Shown: positions 40,601-54,557, numbered from the stretch's first letter. The stretch: 64,000 nucleotides of DNA from Lama guanicoe (GCA_013239625.1 MU054391.1:2881130-2945129); one strand, 5' to 3'. Numbers and translations: made by a program. Notes: a model not told the origin generated them from the sequence alone.

Positions 40601-41672
40601 TCCCGTAGACGCGGGTTTTCTCGTCTGTGAAAATGACACAATAAAGCAATATGACAAAACGTTTGCAAATGTGTAAAAAAAACAATTTTACTCTAGGGTC
40701 CTGGAAGTGACTTTGATGCTTTCCTTATTTTGACTATTACATTCCTTCTTTAAAAAACAAACAAAAAGTGAGAGCAACTGGAAATAAGGATCCTGTACGA
40801 CATAAAGAATTTTGATCAAACAGATACTGACAAAGGGCCCTCTAACACATTCTCCTTCATGCAGCTTATGGTCAGAAACACAGTGCCCCATCCTTTGAAT
40901 CACACAGGGAGAGATGTTGTTCTATGCCATTACCATTAATTTCCCATTTTGTCTCTTTTTACTCTTGTACATATGTTGTGGGTTTAAGAGTCTTTGGCAT
41001 TTGTTCTCGACACCTTTTTTTGAACGGACTGTTGTAGAAGGGAGGCCTGCTTCTCCAGTTTGGGACTGCTAGTGCTGATGGCATCCCGCAGGGCTTCCTG
41101 AAGGCCAGCAGGACAGAGCCACCTGCCGTGTCAGGGCAGTTTCCAGCAGGACACTGCACAAGTCTACTTTCAGAGCCACTCCAGGTTTGGCAGCAGGAAG
41201 GCTGAAAAACCCTTTTGTTTAGAAGTCTGAGTGGTTTGTGGGGGGACCTTTTTAGAGTTTGCATGCCAGCGCAGGGCTGGGGGTCGTGCTGCAGAGGGGA
41301 GCGCCCCCCCGGGCCGGGCGCTGGAGGATGGCGTGTGTCTGACAGCGGCACTGGGGGAGAGAAAATGCATGGGAAAGCTTCGTCTTGGGTAGACTATCTA
41401 GCATGCAGAGTTTCGTGTGTTAAAAACCAGTGTATGACATTGCTGTATCAAAGTTGTAAAATTAAGCATTATTTATTGAAAACTATGTATTTTTTTGTAA
41501 AAACCTGACCACATAGAGCATATCGGTGGCCGTGCTTGTGCTTCGATCGGAACAGCTTCTCGCCCCGCCCCCCTTGGTATGCAGTGTTATTGCTCAGGGT
41601 TGAAAATAGTATGCCCCAATGTCTCTTTTGCAAGAGTTTTTCACAGAGGACTACATTTGTTCAAAAGACTCT

Positions 41673-41725
41673 AATAAAATTGTGTGATCGATCCGCACTT
41701 GTGGTTTTCATGTGACTTTTTTTTC
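41673..41725 (+). terminator. Distal polyadenylation signal
   Basis: AATAAA 41673-41678, then GTGGTTTTCATGTGACTTTTTTTT downstream element at 41701-41724; upstream TGTA motifs. Confidence 0.75.
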
Positions 41726-44700
41726 CAGTTTGGCATTGATGACTACTGTTCAGTTCCCAGAGTGTCGTCCTCAGCGTTCATACCAGGGACAGGTGGGAAG
41801 TGCTGGGCGTCAGCCTGGCGAGGAGGACCCCCCTACCCCCAAGCAATGCTCTGGGCAGGTTTGAGAGCTGCTGACTAGTGGTATAAGCATGGTATATAAT
41901 GTCTCACGATTTTTAACTGGCTGACTGAGTGAATAAACCATAGAGACTAGAAGGGTAGATAAACATGTTTTGTCAGAAATGCTTGAAGTAGGAAATGAAG
42001 AAAAAAATATATTAGGGGCAGTTGCTGCTGTTGAATTCAATACCAGCAAACTCCATTTCTCTGTGTCTTTTTTTTTTCTATAACAGTTTACAGTGTAAAT
42101 GTACTTTGCCATAGAATTCATTCTGTATTGAGATTCTTGATATAAAATACTTTTATGGAAGCCTGTAAGTGATCCTTGGAATGATCAGATTTTTTTTTAA
42201 AAGATGTGTTTACATGGTGAGTGTGTGTTGTATATTAAATTTGGTTTTGTAGAAACGTTTGTGTTGTGTTGTAACAAATTTCGAAGTGCACAGTTAACAC
42301 AACCACTCTTAGTTATACTGATTTTTCACTACAAACCAAAGGACAAATGACAGCTGTCTGTGGCCACACCGTCCCACCCTTATATAGTACAGTCCATGTT
42401 TTAGCTTCATTCATGAATATCTTAGGATGTCTTTCACTTTGGTAGAATTTTATTTTGATTCAAATTTCGAAAGAAACAAAAAATAGACCTTGTGTAAGTT
42501 ACACCTGGCATATAACTTCCCTTGAAATTAACACTAAAGCATCCTGAACGTGTTTCAGACTCCTTATGGGGACTCCTGGTGCTATGTGTTATATCCCTTG
42601 CTTTTCAATGATGTGGGTTTCATAAAAATAGAATTTTTAAAAAAAGTTCTGTGGTTAAGTGTACTGAAGAGACATCTCTGGCTAAAATGTCACTGGTAGG
42701 AAAACATAAAATGTGAAAACCTGGACTTTGTCATTTTCCCAGTGGATCAGGGAGTGAAAGGAAGGGGTGATGCGCCCTGCCCCAGCGGTGGCTGGTCTAT
42801 AAGGTACAGTAGAAGTAGTACAACTGGGCAGAGTGTCTTGACCCAAAGACGGACGATGATCTTGTTGGAAGAGACCCTGGCCTTACCTGCAAGTCAGTGC
42901 TTTTATGAGACATGCAGCTTGGTGAAACTGACATAACTGAATCCTGATTTGGACATTGGTTAAAGCACATTCATTGAAACCAGGATCTGCTCTGATCTTT
43001 GGAGACTCGGGGGGCGGGAGGAGGGCCTGGCAGGACACCTCACAGTCACTGCAGGCTTTGTCATCTGGCTGGACCGAACCCCAGAGCTACAGATTTTTTT
43101 CTTCTAGGATCGGACAGGAAGCTAGATCTGAGCGTAACAGGCACACACGAGCAGATCTGCAAAACAAAATTAGGAGAGACAAGACTGACCCTTGAGATTT
43201 CTCTCTCTATGAAATAATCACCACTGTGTACTTAGCCTGAGTTTGCATGCCACAGGTGCCCATCATTTGCAGCCCGGTCTGCGTACTCTCCGTTCCATCT
43301 GGACTAAATAACCGTGTTCTGCCCAGTGTCCTGACTGGACCAACTTGGCCTTGTGGCCCCTAAGCTCAAGGGTAGCTCGGGGTGACAGGGTTGCTCCTCA
43401 CCTGGAACTCTGTCTCTCTAGAGCTAGTCTGAACTAATACTCAAACTCCTTTCCGGATTTGGGCTGGAAACATGCAGACTGGCCTGGTGCTCTGCAGGGT
43501 TTGAGGAGAGAGGTCTTGAGGGGCTGTTAGGGCTGGAATAGGCATTCCAGGCTGAAATGAGGCCAAAAACAAAGGGGAAGCCCGAGAAACAGGAGCTCAG
43601 GAGGGAGCAGCAGGTGGGAGAGTCACGTGACTCCCGAGAGAGGGCTCCCAGTGTCTGGAGGGCAGCTCCCGGTGCTTACTGGCCCCAGCCCAGTGAGGTT
43701 TCATACGTAAAACCACAGGCCGCAGGCAGCCTACCCAATAGTTACCCGGCCATTTTCTTTACTAAAAAAAACTCACTTTGGTTTCAGTCACAACATGACC
43801 AGCCAGATAAAGTAGCTTCCCTTGTAGAGAGGTGACCTGTGACATGGTCCTGAGCGGGGAGATGTTACTCAGGTTGCTCAGTGAGACCTCCAGGAAGACA
43901 TCTCTACAAGGAAGCGTGTGGGATAGACATGTGCCCTTCTGCAGATGTTCCTTCCTTCCGTCTGGGATATAGATGTGATGTCTGGAGCCACAGGTGTGAA
44001 CATGAAGCCGAAGGGAAAGGAATTCCAGAATCCTTAACCAGTCGGCAACTCCTAGCCAACCCCAGTTCACGTTTGAGGTAAGTGACACTCAGGTTTTCTC
44101 TTAAATGCGGCCAGACCAAAATCACACTAGACCCCGATTTCTTTGGGATTATTTGAATGGGTCTGTATTTCTTTGAATCCAGGAAGTAAAGTTAAAAACT
44201 GTTTAAATAGCCGAAGAGGGAAGATGGTGTGTTAAATGTCGGAAAATAAACAGAGTTCAGTACAATGCACAAAAGGGGAAAAAATGTTTTAAGAAATGGT
44301 AAAAATAGGAAGAAATGTCACGCCTATCCACACAGAGGACACTGGAGTTACCCACTGAAATGTTAGGGTTGTTTTTAAGAAATAGTTATATTAAAGGTGT
44401 GTTTGAGAACTGCTTTACATCTGCAGAGCTTTACAGCGTCAGGATGACACGAGATTTCTCATTCATCTTCATCGCTCAAGTGTGTCACGACTCCTTTGCC
44501 AATAAACAGCTCTTCAAGGTGCCCTGTCCCTTAGCACAGACGTCCTCATGGCCACTGTAGATTAGGACTGATTTGACTCAGCAGGTGGCATTTCAAAATG
44601 AAGAGGCCCTCAAGTATGATTTTGTCCCTCGTAGGTAAAATTCTGCTTTTCTGACTCAGAATGTCAAAATCCACAAGTTAAGAGGAGTGAATATGGGACC

Positions 44701-45159
44701 TAAAGAAGCAGCAGTGAAGAAAAAAAGAGGAGAGAGATTAATAAGAGATTCATATATAAAACAAATAGCTCAAAGCTCGAGTCATTTTGTGTGAGGGTGA
44801 ACAGGTCTACTCAGGTGACTGAGTGGCTCAATGTGTTATACCACTTTTCAGGAATCAGTGTTTATAATGGAGACACCGAGTCATCAGAAAAAGCTTAAGT
44901 CGTGTTCATTTATGGCCTATTTAACAAGGCTGGGGACTATGAAATTTTGCCTTAAATACTTCTACTCAACAACATTTTCAATCAAACCAGAAAGTTCTAG
45001 AAGCATCACTTTTGCCTAAACTGTTTTCACCTGCTGGTGTTTTATAAATAAAAACAGAAGAAGGTACTTTGGTCCAAGAGCTAGCAGGAGTTGGTACAAG
45101 GGAAGCCTTCGGGGAGCCCATCAGCCAAAGAGGCAAAAGTGGACACTGCTGTGGACCAA

Positions 45160-46350
45160 GCGGGGAGGCCGGGGCAGCCGGGGCAGCCGGGGCAGCCGGG
45201 GCCAGCACCACGCCGGGCTCGGGTTCCACCTCGCAGCCCGCGTCTGTGCGACGCAGGAACCTGAGCAGACGGCATTGCTTAGAAACACTTGTTCAGAAGG
45301 CCTCTGGGCTGTGTCACAAGGATGCTGAGGGGCGTGGGCGGGAGGAAGGGAGACAAGGCCTTTCCCAGTCAGTGCAGCCAGACGCACAGCGAGTCAGGGA
45401 GACCTCGGGGTGAAGCCTGCGGGACTGACAAGATGACCAGTCACCCCGGCAAAGCCGGCGCCGATCTGGGATGCCGTGGCCGGTGACCCCGGGTTGAGCG
45501 AGCGCAGCCAACCACGTGGAGGTGACCTCGGAGGGCGAGGGAGCAGGAGCATGAATACCGAGTGAGCGAGAGGAAGAAGAGGAATCTGGCTGTGCCTGGA
45601 TTAAGGGGAAGAAAAAGGAGGCAGGGAAAAGAAAGGGTAGAGTCTGTAAATCTGATTTTTCGCTTGGTCGATGTGACATTAATGGGTTTGGAGACGGAGG
45701 GGAGGGGGCTGTTGGAGGGAGATCAGGAGCCGTCTTTTGGGGACATTTAATATTTCAGAGGTTGGAAAAAACAGCAATAGAGAGACGTCCTTGCACTGCA
45801 GGCCCCCCCCCCCCGGGTGAGCCCAGGCAACCCTGCGGGCCTGGCTGGCGCGTGTCCAGCGCCGGCGCCCCCCTCCTTCCGGTCTGGGATGGAAAGACCC
45901 ACTTGGTCCCCCGCCCCCGAGGGGAGTGGGCGGTGGGAGGGACTGCGCATGCTCGCGGGGCCCCCCCGCTCCGTCGCAGGAGACCCGGTTGTCGGTTTCA
46001 GCTGTGTGTCGGCTGCGTGTCCCTGGGCGAGCTGCGGGAGAGCGCGGTGCTCCCGCTTCGCCTGGGAAACCAGGAGGTCCTCGGCCCACAAAGGGAAAAA
46101 CTCAGTGAATCAGAGGTACTGCCTCGGGCCGTCGTCCTTTGAGGGCAGGGACCTTTCTACCTTGTGGGGCCCCGTGACCCCAGATTCTGGCGCTGAAGCC
46201 TGGTGGGAGCTCCCTAACACGTGCCCCGAATGCACGACTCAGACGTGAAACCTGGATTGGGAAGCTCTGTGCCATGTTGGGGGGCGTAGCGTGGGAGTAT
46301 GGCGGGGAGAGGGTCAAACGCCGGTGAGGGAATCAGGAGGTGTCAGAGCA
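45160..46350. promoter_or_regulatory. Downstream orphan CpG island
   Basis: CpG-dense, with NRF1-like TGCGCATGCTC 45944-45954 and GGGCGG at 45928. Confidence 0.6.
45168..45202. repeat. 9-bp tandem repeat (GCCGGGGCA) x ~4
   Basis: Direct reading. Confidence 0.9.
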
Positions 46351-46611
46351 GAAGCCTGCTCAGCTCTAGAGCAGAAGCAGCAGAAGGAGCCGGGGTGACC
46401 ACCATGACCTTGCCTCCCCTCTTCCGCTCTCTGGAGGAAGTGAAGAGGCGGTGGGCAGTGTCCGGATGTTTGGGGGGACCCTTCCGGAGCTGGTTCTCAG
46501 ACGTGGCTTCCTGCTGGGACTCACATGGAGAATGTCGTTCACGTGTAGATAGATGAGACCTCTTTAAAACACGGCAGAGGAGCAATTCCAATAGACAAAA
46601 ATCTCATGATT

Positions 46612-46675
46612 CTTTTTAATTTTGTTGAAGTATAGTCGATTTACAACGTGTTAATTTCTGGTGTACAGCATAGTG
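46612..46675 (-). mobile_element. L1 extreme 3' tip
   Basis: ttgttgaagtatagtcgatttacaacgtgttaatttctggtgtacagcata, reverse complement of 55250-55297. Confidence 0.75.
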
Positions 46676-47439
46676 GGGTCACTGGCACATGTATTTCATT
46701 TGAAAAATGATACATATATGGGGGGTGGGCAGTGATGGCTCAAAAAATTTCATGGATAAGATTGCTTCATGTGGCAAGATTAGAGGCCTCTGTTCAGGAA
46801 CAGAGAAGAGACGGCATGCCATTCGGAAAGGGACCGTGGATGAAGAGGTAGGGAGGTGAATTCTGAGTCTGTCGAGTCTCCCGTTCAGCTGTGCCGTGTT
46901 AGGTAACTTGCTTTGCCTCTCTGGTCTTCTGTTTTCTGAATGCATAAACTGGTGCTGAACTAGATTGTATTTGAGGTTCCTTCCAGGTCTAACAAATAAT
47001 ACAAACAGGCACTTTTTATTTACAGTCAGAGGGCCCGTTGGGAGGCATTGTATAAGCTTAGGCTTTCAGAGCTGGCCGGTCGCATAAATGGGGAAGCCAG
47101 CCAGATGCCGTGCGGCCGGTGGACGCTGGACCGCCAGGCCTAACTGAGGTTACTCGCGTTCCCAATCTTTCAGACACCCAATGGCCCAAACTAAAGGGCC
47201 CTTGGCCTTGTGTTTTCCTGTTGTTTGGGGGATGGTCTGTGTTGCACTTTATAACGGGAGAGCAGAAGCAATTATTTTCCAGATTAGAAAATTCTCAAAC
47301 TCAAGTTTAATATAATTCTTTGAAAAAAAATTGTCTTCCTCTTTCAATTGACAAACTTCATTAATTACACAAACATAAGCATATTACAGCAATAATACAG
47401 AGAACACAGCGTGTCATGAAACACGAATCTGGTTGTCAG

Positions 47440-47620
47440 CCATACCAAACATCGAAATCACATACTCAGAATTACAGACCTCTGGGCCCTCTTCCCAAAA
47501 TATTGATTCAGTGCGCTTGGAATGAGACCTGGAAACTATTTTTCTAATCACTGTATCAGCCAATTCTGAGGTTATGGGGCCACAGACCAGCCTCTGAGAC
47601 CCTTGGCCCTAAACCAGTGA
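47440..47620. mobile_element. MER5-like hAT remnant
   Basis: ctgggccctcttcccaaaatattgattcagtgcgcttggaatgagacctgga. Confidence 0.45.
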
Positions 47621-48290
47621 GGGCATCAACGCAAAACAAAAATTACCTCAGCAGAAACCGGAGTCTCCATACCAAATAATAAGAATGAACACACCCTTGT
47701 CACACCTCGAGTTTTCATTGCTTGCTCATTGAACATCGTTGCCATAGGGAAGGGGACAGTGAGAAAATAAAGAAAAATGAGAACGCCAGTAGGTCTGTAA
47801 ATAACAAGCAGTCTGAGTACTTAATACCGTCCAGACCCCTCAGTCCATCTTATCTTCTGGAAAGTGGGGCCATGGCACTGACAAGCTCGGTGCCACTGAT
47901 GTCACCACGCAGTGTGAAACGATGGCATTTCTCGAGTCGTGAGCAGGTGGTGATGGCATTCAGGCTTTGTGTGTTTGGAGTTTTACCTGTGAAGTGAGGA
48001 CCATAATCCTCGCTTCATAAAAAGCGTTCTGTTGCTTAATTAACATTTGCAAAGCTTTGTGAGGCCTGCGGACTTAAATTACCTGACATTAACACTGGCC
48101 TCAAGTGGTACGAGGCCTTGGGACTGGATGCTAAAGGATGGAGAGGAAAAGGAGAAACCTAGGTTGGGACTGATGGTTTGTTATAAGCTTTAACATACGA
48201 AATAAAACAGAAGATGGAGATGTTCTGCAAGAGATAACGGAGAATAAAACTAAAAGGACATCGCTCATACAATTGCGGGGAACCGATTAA

Positions 48291-48321
48291 ACACGCGCAC
48301 ACACACACACACACACACACA
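48291..48321. repeat. (CA)n microsatellite
   Basis: Direct reading. Confidence 0.95.
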
Positions 48322-48959
48322 CCCCCTAGCCCCTGTGTAATCTGAGGGGAATTATTATCTCTTGAATACAAGAGATTGTGGATGGAGAAGGCTTCTCAGA
48401 GTTGGAATGTTGATGAAGATGCACAGATGGGACGGGAAGACCAGAGAAGATGGCACCTTACTTCAGAATGATTTGTCATGCTAGTTCGACGGTGAGGAGC
48501 AGTGCTTGTGTACTTCTGAGAGAAAGAAGAATGGAAACCAAGTTCAGTTGCAGTGGGAGCTGCCGCCCATAGACTGGACCAGACCTGAGCCAGAGCAGAC
48601 GGTGGCTTAAGGAGAACTTGCTCAAGTCCAAGGCTGGTGGGAAGTTCCGCAGGTAGAAAGCACTTGAGAAATTGACCAGGCCCAGGAAGCACAGTTAGCT
48701 CTTGCTCCACAGAAACCCAGTGAGTGACAGTCAGCGCCCTTCCAGGACTGCCACCTGGCCAGAGGTGGTCCTGTGTGGACCCCAGGCCAGCGGAAGTTGC
48801 ACAGTTGGCCCAGATGGTGATCTGGGGGAGCAACAAACTGGGCGTCCCAAAGGGTTACAGGGAGGCGGTGGGTGCACCTTAGTACTGCCAGGGACCAGCA
48901 TTCCCCTGATCAAATTTCACTTACGGAACTCCTCTTACAAGACATCTGGATCAGAAGAC

Positions 48960-49381
48960 GTGCTAGACAGGATTCTCCAAGAAACAGAACTGAGGGGATG
49001 AGGGTGGATACAGAAAGGCACATGTCATAGGAATTGGCTCAGGTGCCTGTGGGAGCTTGGCCAAGTCCAAAAACGTCTGAGGGGGGAGCCCAGCAGGCTG
49101 GAGACAGGGGAAGAACAGGGGCTGAGGATGAAGTCTGAGGGCCATCTGGAGCAGAACTCCATCTCACCTGAGGGAGACCCGTCTTTGCGGTTTCTCAAGG
49201 CCGTCACCTGATTGGGTGAAGCCCACCCACACTGCAGAGGGCAGTCTGCTTGAGAAAAAGTCACTGATTCAAATGTTAGTCTCATCCAAAAACACCCTCC
49301 CAGAAATAGCCAGGGTAATGCTGGACCACAAACAGGGGCACCGTGGGCCCGCAGAGTGGACACGTACGCTGACTCACCACT
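48960..49381 (-). mobile_element. MLT2-type (ERVL) solo LTR
   Basis: ctgattgggtgaagcccacccacactgcagagggcagtctgctt...tcactgattcaaatgttagtctcatccaaaaacaccctc. Confidence 0.8.
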
Positions 49382-49869
49382 GAGCGCCAGAGCTGAGACC
49401 TGTTATTTGAATAAGTATAAAAGGCCGCTTCTGGGGGAGGCTCTGGCCCCGACAGTGCATGCGCCTGCCTCTGGGAGGTGGTCAGTGCGGTGGGAGCGGC
49501 TCAGCTACTTCTGGACCTGCTTTGACAACCCAAGGAACGCCGTGCAGGAGTCTAAAGCCCAGCCTCTCAAGCCTGGTGTTCCAGCTCGCTATTCGCCAGC
49601 CCCAGACCGTCTCCCCACGCTCCGTTTGCTTTTCCTTACCATTTGGGAAAGTTCTCCTTCTGTAACGCTGGTCTCCAAGTATTCCCCCCTCCCAACCCTG
49701 TACATGTAATTCCCTGTTTCTTTTTGCCCCTTCCCCTTTTTGCATTTTTCCATGGTCTGTGCAGGTGGGATGCTTCCGTGGGAAGGCCCCTGACCCAGGA
49801 CCAGTGGTGCCGTCCATGATGGAGCCCTGAGCGGGGACGAGGCACTGTGCTGAGCGGGTCCACATTAAA

Positions 49870-50030
49870 CAGCTCACCCCACCCTCACAGCCACCTGGGA
49901 CGCAGGGGCCATTGTTCTTCCCATTTCACAGAGGAAGCTTGACACTTGGCTGAAGGTCTCCCAGCCAGTAAGGGACAGATCTGGACTTGGACCCGTGCTG
50001 TCTGGCTTCTGCAGATTTGACATCTGGCTC
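49870..50030. mobile_element. MIR SINE
   Basis: cccatttcacagaggaagctt...aaggtctcccagccagtaagggacagatctgg. Confidence 0.6.
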
Positions 50031-51772
50031 TGTCCCAAGCTTCCCCGTGAACTTGGACAAGAGATCACCCTTTGCTCCTCTTTATGGAGCATTGGACTCT
50101 CCCAAGATTCTGAATTCCCTCTTTCCCATGAAACTCTCTGAGGCACTGTGACTGCCAGCATCCCCCAGTCCGCAGCAGGGAGTTCTGACCATTCGCCCTT
50201 CACCTCCCTTCCCCACTGCAGGGCAGAAGGACGGGCTCTTATCACAGTTACCAAGATGCTTGCTACAGTGTTGCTCAGAGGCAGACGGTCAAGGCCCTTC
50301 TGGATGGTAATGTGGAAAGTTCTGAAGTCTGGAGTGGGTGTCTCCATTTGGCGATCTAAGGAGAACCAGGCTGAAGCGCCACCTGACACCATAAGCAGCA
50401 AACTGGAGGAGAAACTAAATTCATGTTGACATTGTTAGGCCCCAAGGGCCAACAGACTGGAGCCGTCTTCCCTCTGGACATCTCAGATGAGCCTGAAGTC
50501 CCCGCTCTTGGCTCAGACATTTTGGGTTGGTTTTGCATTTCAGTATTGAGAGCATTTTAGTAGACCCTGTCCCCATGGCTCAATCCCTGGTAACCTCTCT
50601 TTTCTCTCAGAGCATCACTCATGATTTGACTCATCACTGATTTGACACGATCAGGGGTCTGCCACTGACCACTTATGGTGACATCTACTAGATACTTTGT
50701 ATCAGACGTATGTCTTATTTCTTCAACTAGATTGTAAACTGAGATCTTTGATCTCTTCTGGGAATCTGTCACAGTAGTTCTTTAGTAGGTGCTGTAAGAA
50801 TGCATTTGGGAGACCACGTAACATAATTGTGCAGCCTTTATCTAAAAAAATCTAGGGTAGCCATTCAAGAGGAATGATAGTAATGGCTTTGAGGTGGGCA
50901 GTTTTGGAATTCAGGTAATTCCAGGTGTCCCGGCGTCCTGGCTTGTCTGGGACTGAGTTGTTTCCTGTGACATGGGAATTCCAGGGCTAAAATCCAGGAA
51001 GTCCCAGGCAAGCCAGAATAAGTTGTCTTCCTTGGCAATAATGAACCATATTCATTCAATCCAAACATAAGGGCTGGAGGAGCATAAAAAGGTCCATGGT
51101 TGTTATAACAGAATCCTACAGTTAGAAACAGTCTCCAGTCACCTAGAGTTGTCTTGGACTGGGTTTGCCAACAATAAAGCTAAATGTATTAAATAACTTC
51201 TATGTGCCAAACTATATATACATCTATCTGTCTATCTATATACACACCTTTGGGGAAGTTTCCCATCTTTACAAAACTTCTACTTCATTTTACAGAAGCA
51301 AGGGCAAGCTGACGGTTCCCCGGGGCAGCCCAGGTACGCGAAGGGCAGCACCCGTGCCCGCCCCCGCGACTCCTCCGGCCGCGGGCCGCTCTGTCGGGGC
51401 GCCCTGCCGGTGCCTGTACTCACAGCAGTAATCTGGCAGCCCTGACCAGGTTACTTCTCTCCTGAAGGCTTCCACGGCTGTCGTGTTCTTTTGCACTTGT
51501 GACTTCTGAGTTCTTAAGAAGCACTTGTGGGATGAATGAATGAGCTGAGAAATGCCCTGTCCCCCTCTCATTGCACAGAAGCAGGTCCCAGGAAACAGAG
51601 GGGCTGGGGTGGCTTTATAACTGAGGAGACAGAACGACCTCCCTAGCTGCCGAAGGACGTGTTCCCGGGTGAGCGCGGCTACAACGGTGACGGCCACTGT
51701 CCACCACAGCGCTTTGCTTTCCGGGAAAGGCCTGTCGAAACTGGTAGAGAAAATACTGAGGAACCCAGAGTG

Positions 51773-52230
51773 GGGGTGGTTAGTTTTCGTGACTACTTGA
51801 CTGGGCTAAGGAGCATCCACACAGCTGATAAAACATCATTTTTTGGTGTGTGTGCTAGGGCACTATGGGAAGAAATAAGCACTTGCATCAGCTAACAGAA
51901 TAAAGAAAAATCACCCTCCCAATCCTCTGAGGAACCCAACAGCATTGCAGGGAGGCTAGATTTGCTCTCTGCCTGGCTTTGTGCCGGACGTCCGTCTCCT
52001 CCCGCCCCTGACGTCGGAGTCCCGAGGTCCTGGGCTTTGGGCCTTGGGAACAATCACTAGCATCTTCCCTGTTTCTCAGGCCTGTGGTCTCAGAATGAAT
52101 TAAACCCCCAGCTTTCCTGGGTCCCCGGCTTGCAAACGGCAGGTCATAGCGTCCTCAGCCTCCACAGTCACAAAAGCCGGTTCCCATATGAAATCTCTTC
52201 TTAACCATCTCTCTGTATCCTGCAGGGCCT
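51773..52230 (+). mobile_element. MLT2-type (ERVL) solo LTR
   Basis: ggtggttagttttcgtgactacttgactgggctaagg...ctcagcctccacagtcacaaaagccggttccc. Confidence 0.75.
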
Positions 52231-54254
52231 GTTTCCCTGCAGACCCCTGCTCCTATTTCCAAGCTCTGAATACCCATGATAAGGGTCTCTTACTCCCAAA
52301 TAATCCCATTCCTGAAAACTCCCAGCCAGGTGACACACAACCACTGAAAGAGAATCAGCAAACTATATTCATTATTAGCAAAAACAGTGGTAATTTTTTA
52401 GTGGTCTAAGCTTGATTTTTTTTTCCCCTAAGAGGTAAGATTTCAAATAAGCTTAACAAAGAAAACAATTATTTAGCTCCGTTTCAGTGACGGATGATGG
52501 TTCTGTTAGCTTTGGGTGTTTTTCCTTTTTTTCTTCTTTTTTTGTTGGTTATTTTTCTTTTAGTTTGTAAAGGCTTCTAATAATCTTCAGGATGAAAGAT
52601 ACTATGTAATGAGACATTATTATATTTAATGAAGTTTTGTAGCTAATATTTTAAAAACAAAATATATAAGAATCATTCATTTCATTTTCTAGATGGAGAA
52701 ATATTAGCATTAACACAGCCGTAAATTCACTATGCCATAGATAGAAAATTAGTATTGAGTACATAATGTAGGCAAATAACGAGGTAAGGAAATAGGATGG
52801 TTTACCATAGCAAAATAAAAATATTCATTGTTGCACACATAATTCTATTTGAACTTCTCTAATTATTCCACAAAAAGTCGTCAGAAACAGCAGACACCAA
52901 GCCCTGAGTGATGGCCTGATGCCAAATGTGACTCTTGCTACTTTTGACATAGTTGATTTTCCCATTAGCAAGATTCAAAAAACGCTAATAAAATATTTAC
53001 TAGCTATTACTTTTCGTGACCTATTAGTGGAGTTCACTAATGGACTCAGGCTTCCTGAACAGAAAGTTGCATGTTTCTGTAGCATCTTAGCCAGGAGCCC
53101 TCCTGTGCGATGTTTGTAATGTCTTCTGAACTGTTTTCTCACGTGCTTTCCAAGGTCACGCTCGGCACTGAACCCTGGGCACCGTCACGTAGCACAGGCA
53201 GCAGGTGGCCAGGACTCTTAGATGCAAGCAGGAGAAGTCTACTCTGGGCAACAGCTAGAAATAGTCCAGTGTATTGAATGGTAGAATCTTCTGGAAGGCT
53301 GCAGAATCCAGTCTGGAAACAGAAGCCAGGAAGTGTAAGTACAGCTAGCACCAAGCCCCCAAACTGTGCCCCAAAGCCATCCTGGGGCTGGCGAGGCTAC
53401 TTGGGGAAACACCAGCTCTCAGGGCCGGGCCTCCGGTGTCCCTGCTCTGCCCGGGGTATGCCCATGCCCGCCAGCTGGGACTTCCCCGGCAACGCCCCAT
53501 CCCTGCCACCCAGGGCGCACTCCACATCAAGGATTCCAGGTTCAGAATAAGCGCCACTAGTTGTCTGGAATGTGTGTCTTGGTCTTTTTCAGCCTGAGAG
53601 GCAGTGATACTTACAAGGTAGGAAATCTCCCAGAGGTGGGGAGAGGACTTGGATGCTGGGAGAGATAAACACACGTCACATACACGTGCCTGTGTGTGTC
53701 CAAGTGCACGTATAGAGGCACACACAAACGGGTGATTACAGATACATTTTCCAGGTTTTTGCATCAGTTTTTTTTTCCTCTGTCTGTGAAAAGAATGCAG
53801 GCATGCTTTCTGTAGAGTCTAGTAGAGATTACCCAGCACCAGAAATCTTCCGTGAAACTATTTGAGGTGGCTTGAAAGCAAAGAAACGAAGGAAAACCAT
53901 TGATTTTGATGTCTTTTGTATGCATACATTATAGAGACTTTTGGAATACAGGAAATCATCAAATATAAAATGAAAAGCACATGCAACTACATTCTCAGTA
54001 TCAACCACTGGTAAATATTGATGTAAGTCTTACTGTCTCTCTATTCACACAAATACGTACACATGCACACAAATACATAGTGTTTTTACAAAATTAGCAG
54101 CATGCTAACTTGTTTTGCATCCCTTGCTTTTAATCACCTCATATTGTGGAGTAGGCTTTTGATATTGTTAATTTTATCAAGAACGATTTCAACAGATTAA
54201 CAATATGTTTACACTCTGATTTAGTGAAACTTTCCTCTATTGCTAGGCAATAGT

Positions 54255-54557
54255 TTTTAGTCAGCTACAGTGTATCGGTTTCTGGTGTACAGCATAATGT
54301 CTCAGCCATGCATATATATACATATATTCATTTTCATATTCTTTTTCATTAAAGGTTGTTACAAGATATTGAATAAAGTTTCCTGTGCTATGCAGAAAAC
54401 ATTTGTTTTTAATCTATTTTTATATATAGGGGTTAATATTTGCAAATCTCAGACTCCCAGATTTATTCCTTCCCACCCCCTTCCCCACAGTACTTATAAC
54501 ATTGTTTATTATGTCTGCGGGTCTGTTTCTGTTTTGTAGATGCGTTCATTAGTGTCC
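54255..54557 (-). mobile_element. L1 3' UTR fragment
   Basis: Reverse-complement homology to 60480-60770. Confidence 0.85.

Larger units (their letters stand above)
34671..41700 (+). other. SOX11: Long SOX11 3' UTR (~7 kb)
   Basis: U/A-rich and repeat-free, with many TGTA motifs. Ends at AATAAA 41673 followed by GU/U-rich sequence. The ~8.7 kb span from the promoter matches the recalled length of the long human SOX11 mRNA. Confidence 0.75.

Noticed and set aside
44578..44595. CTCF-like CAGCAGGTGGCA (similar partial matches near 32450, 48750, 50376)
   Set aside because: Only partial matches by eye; cannot be supported without a PWM scan or ChIP data
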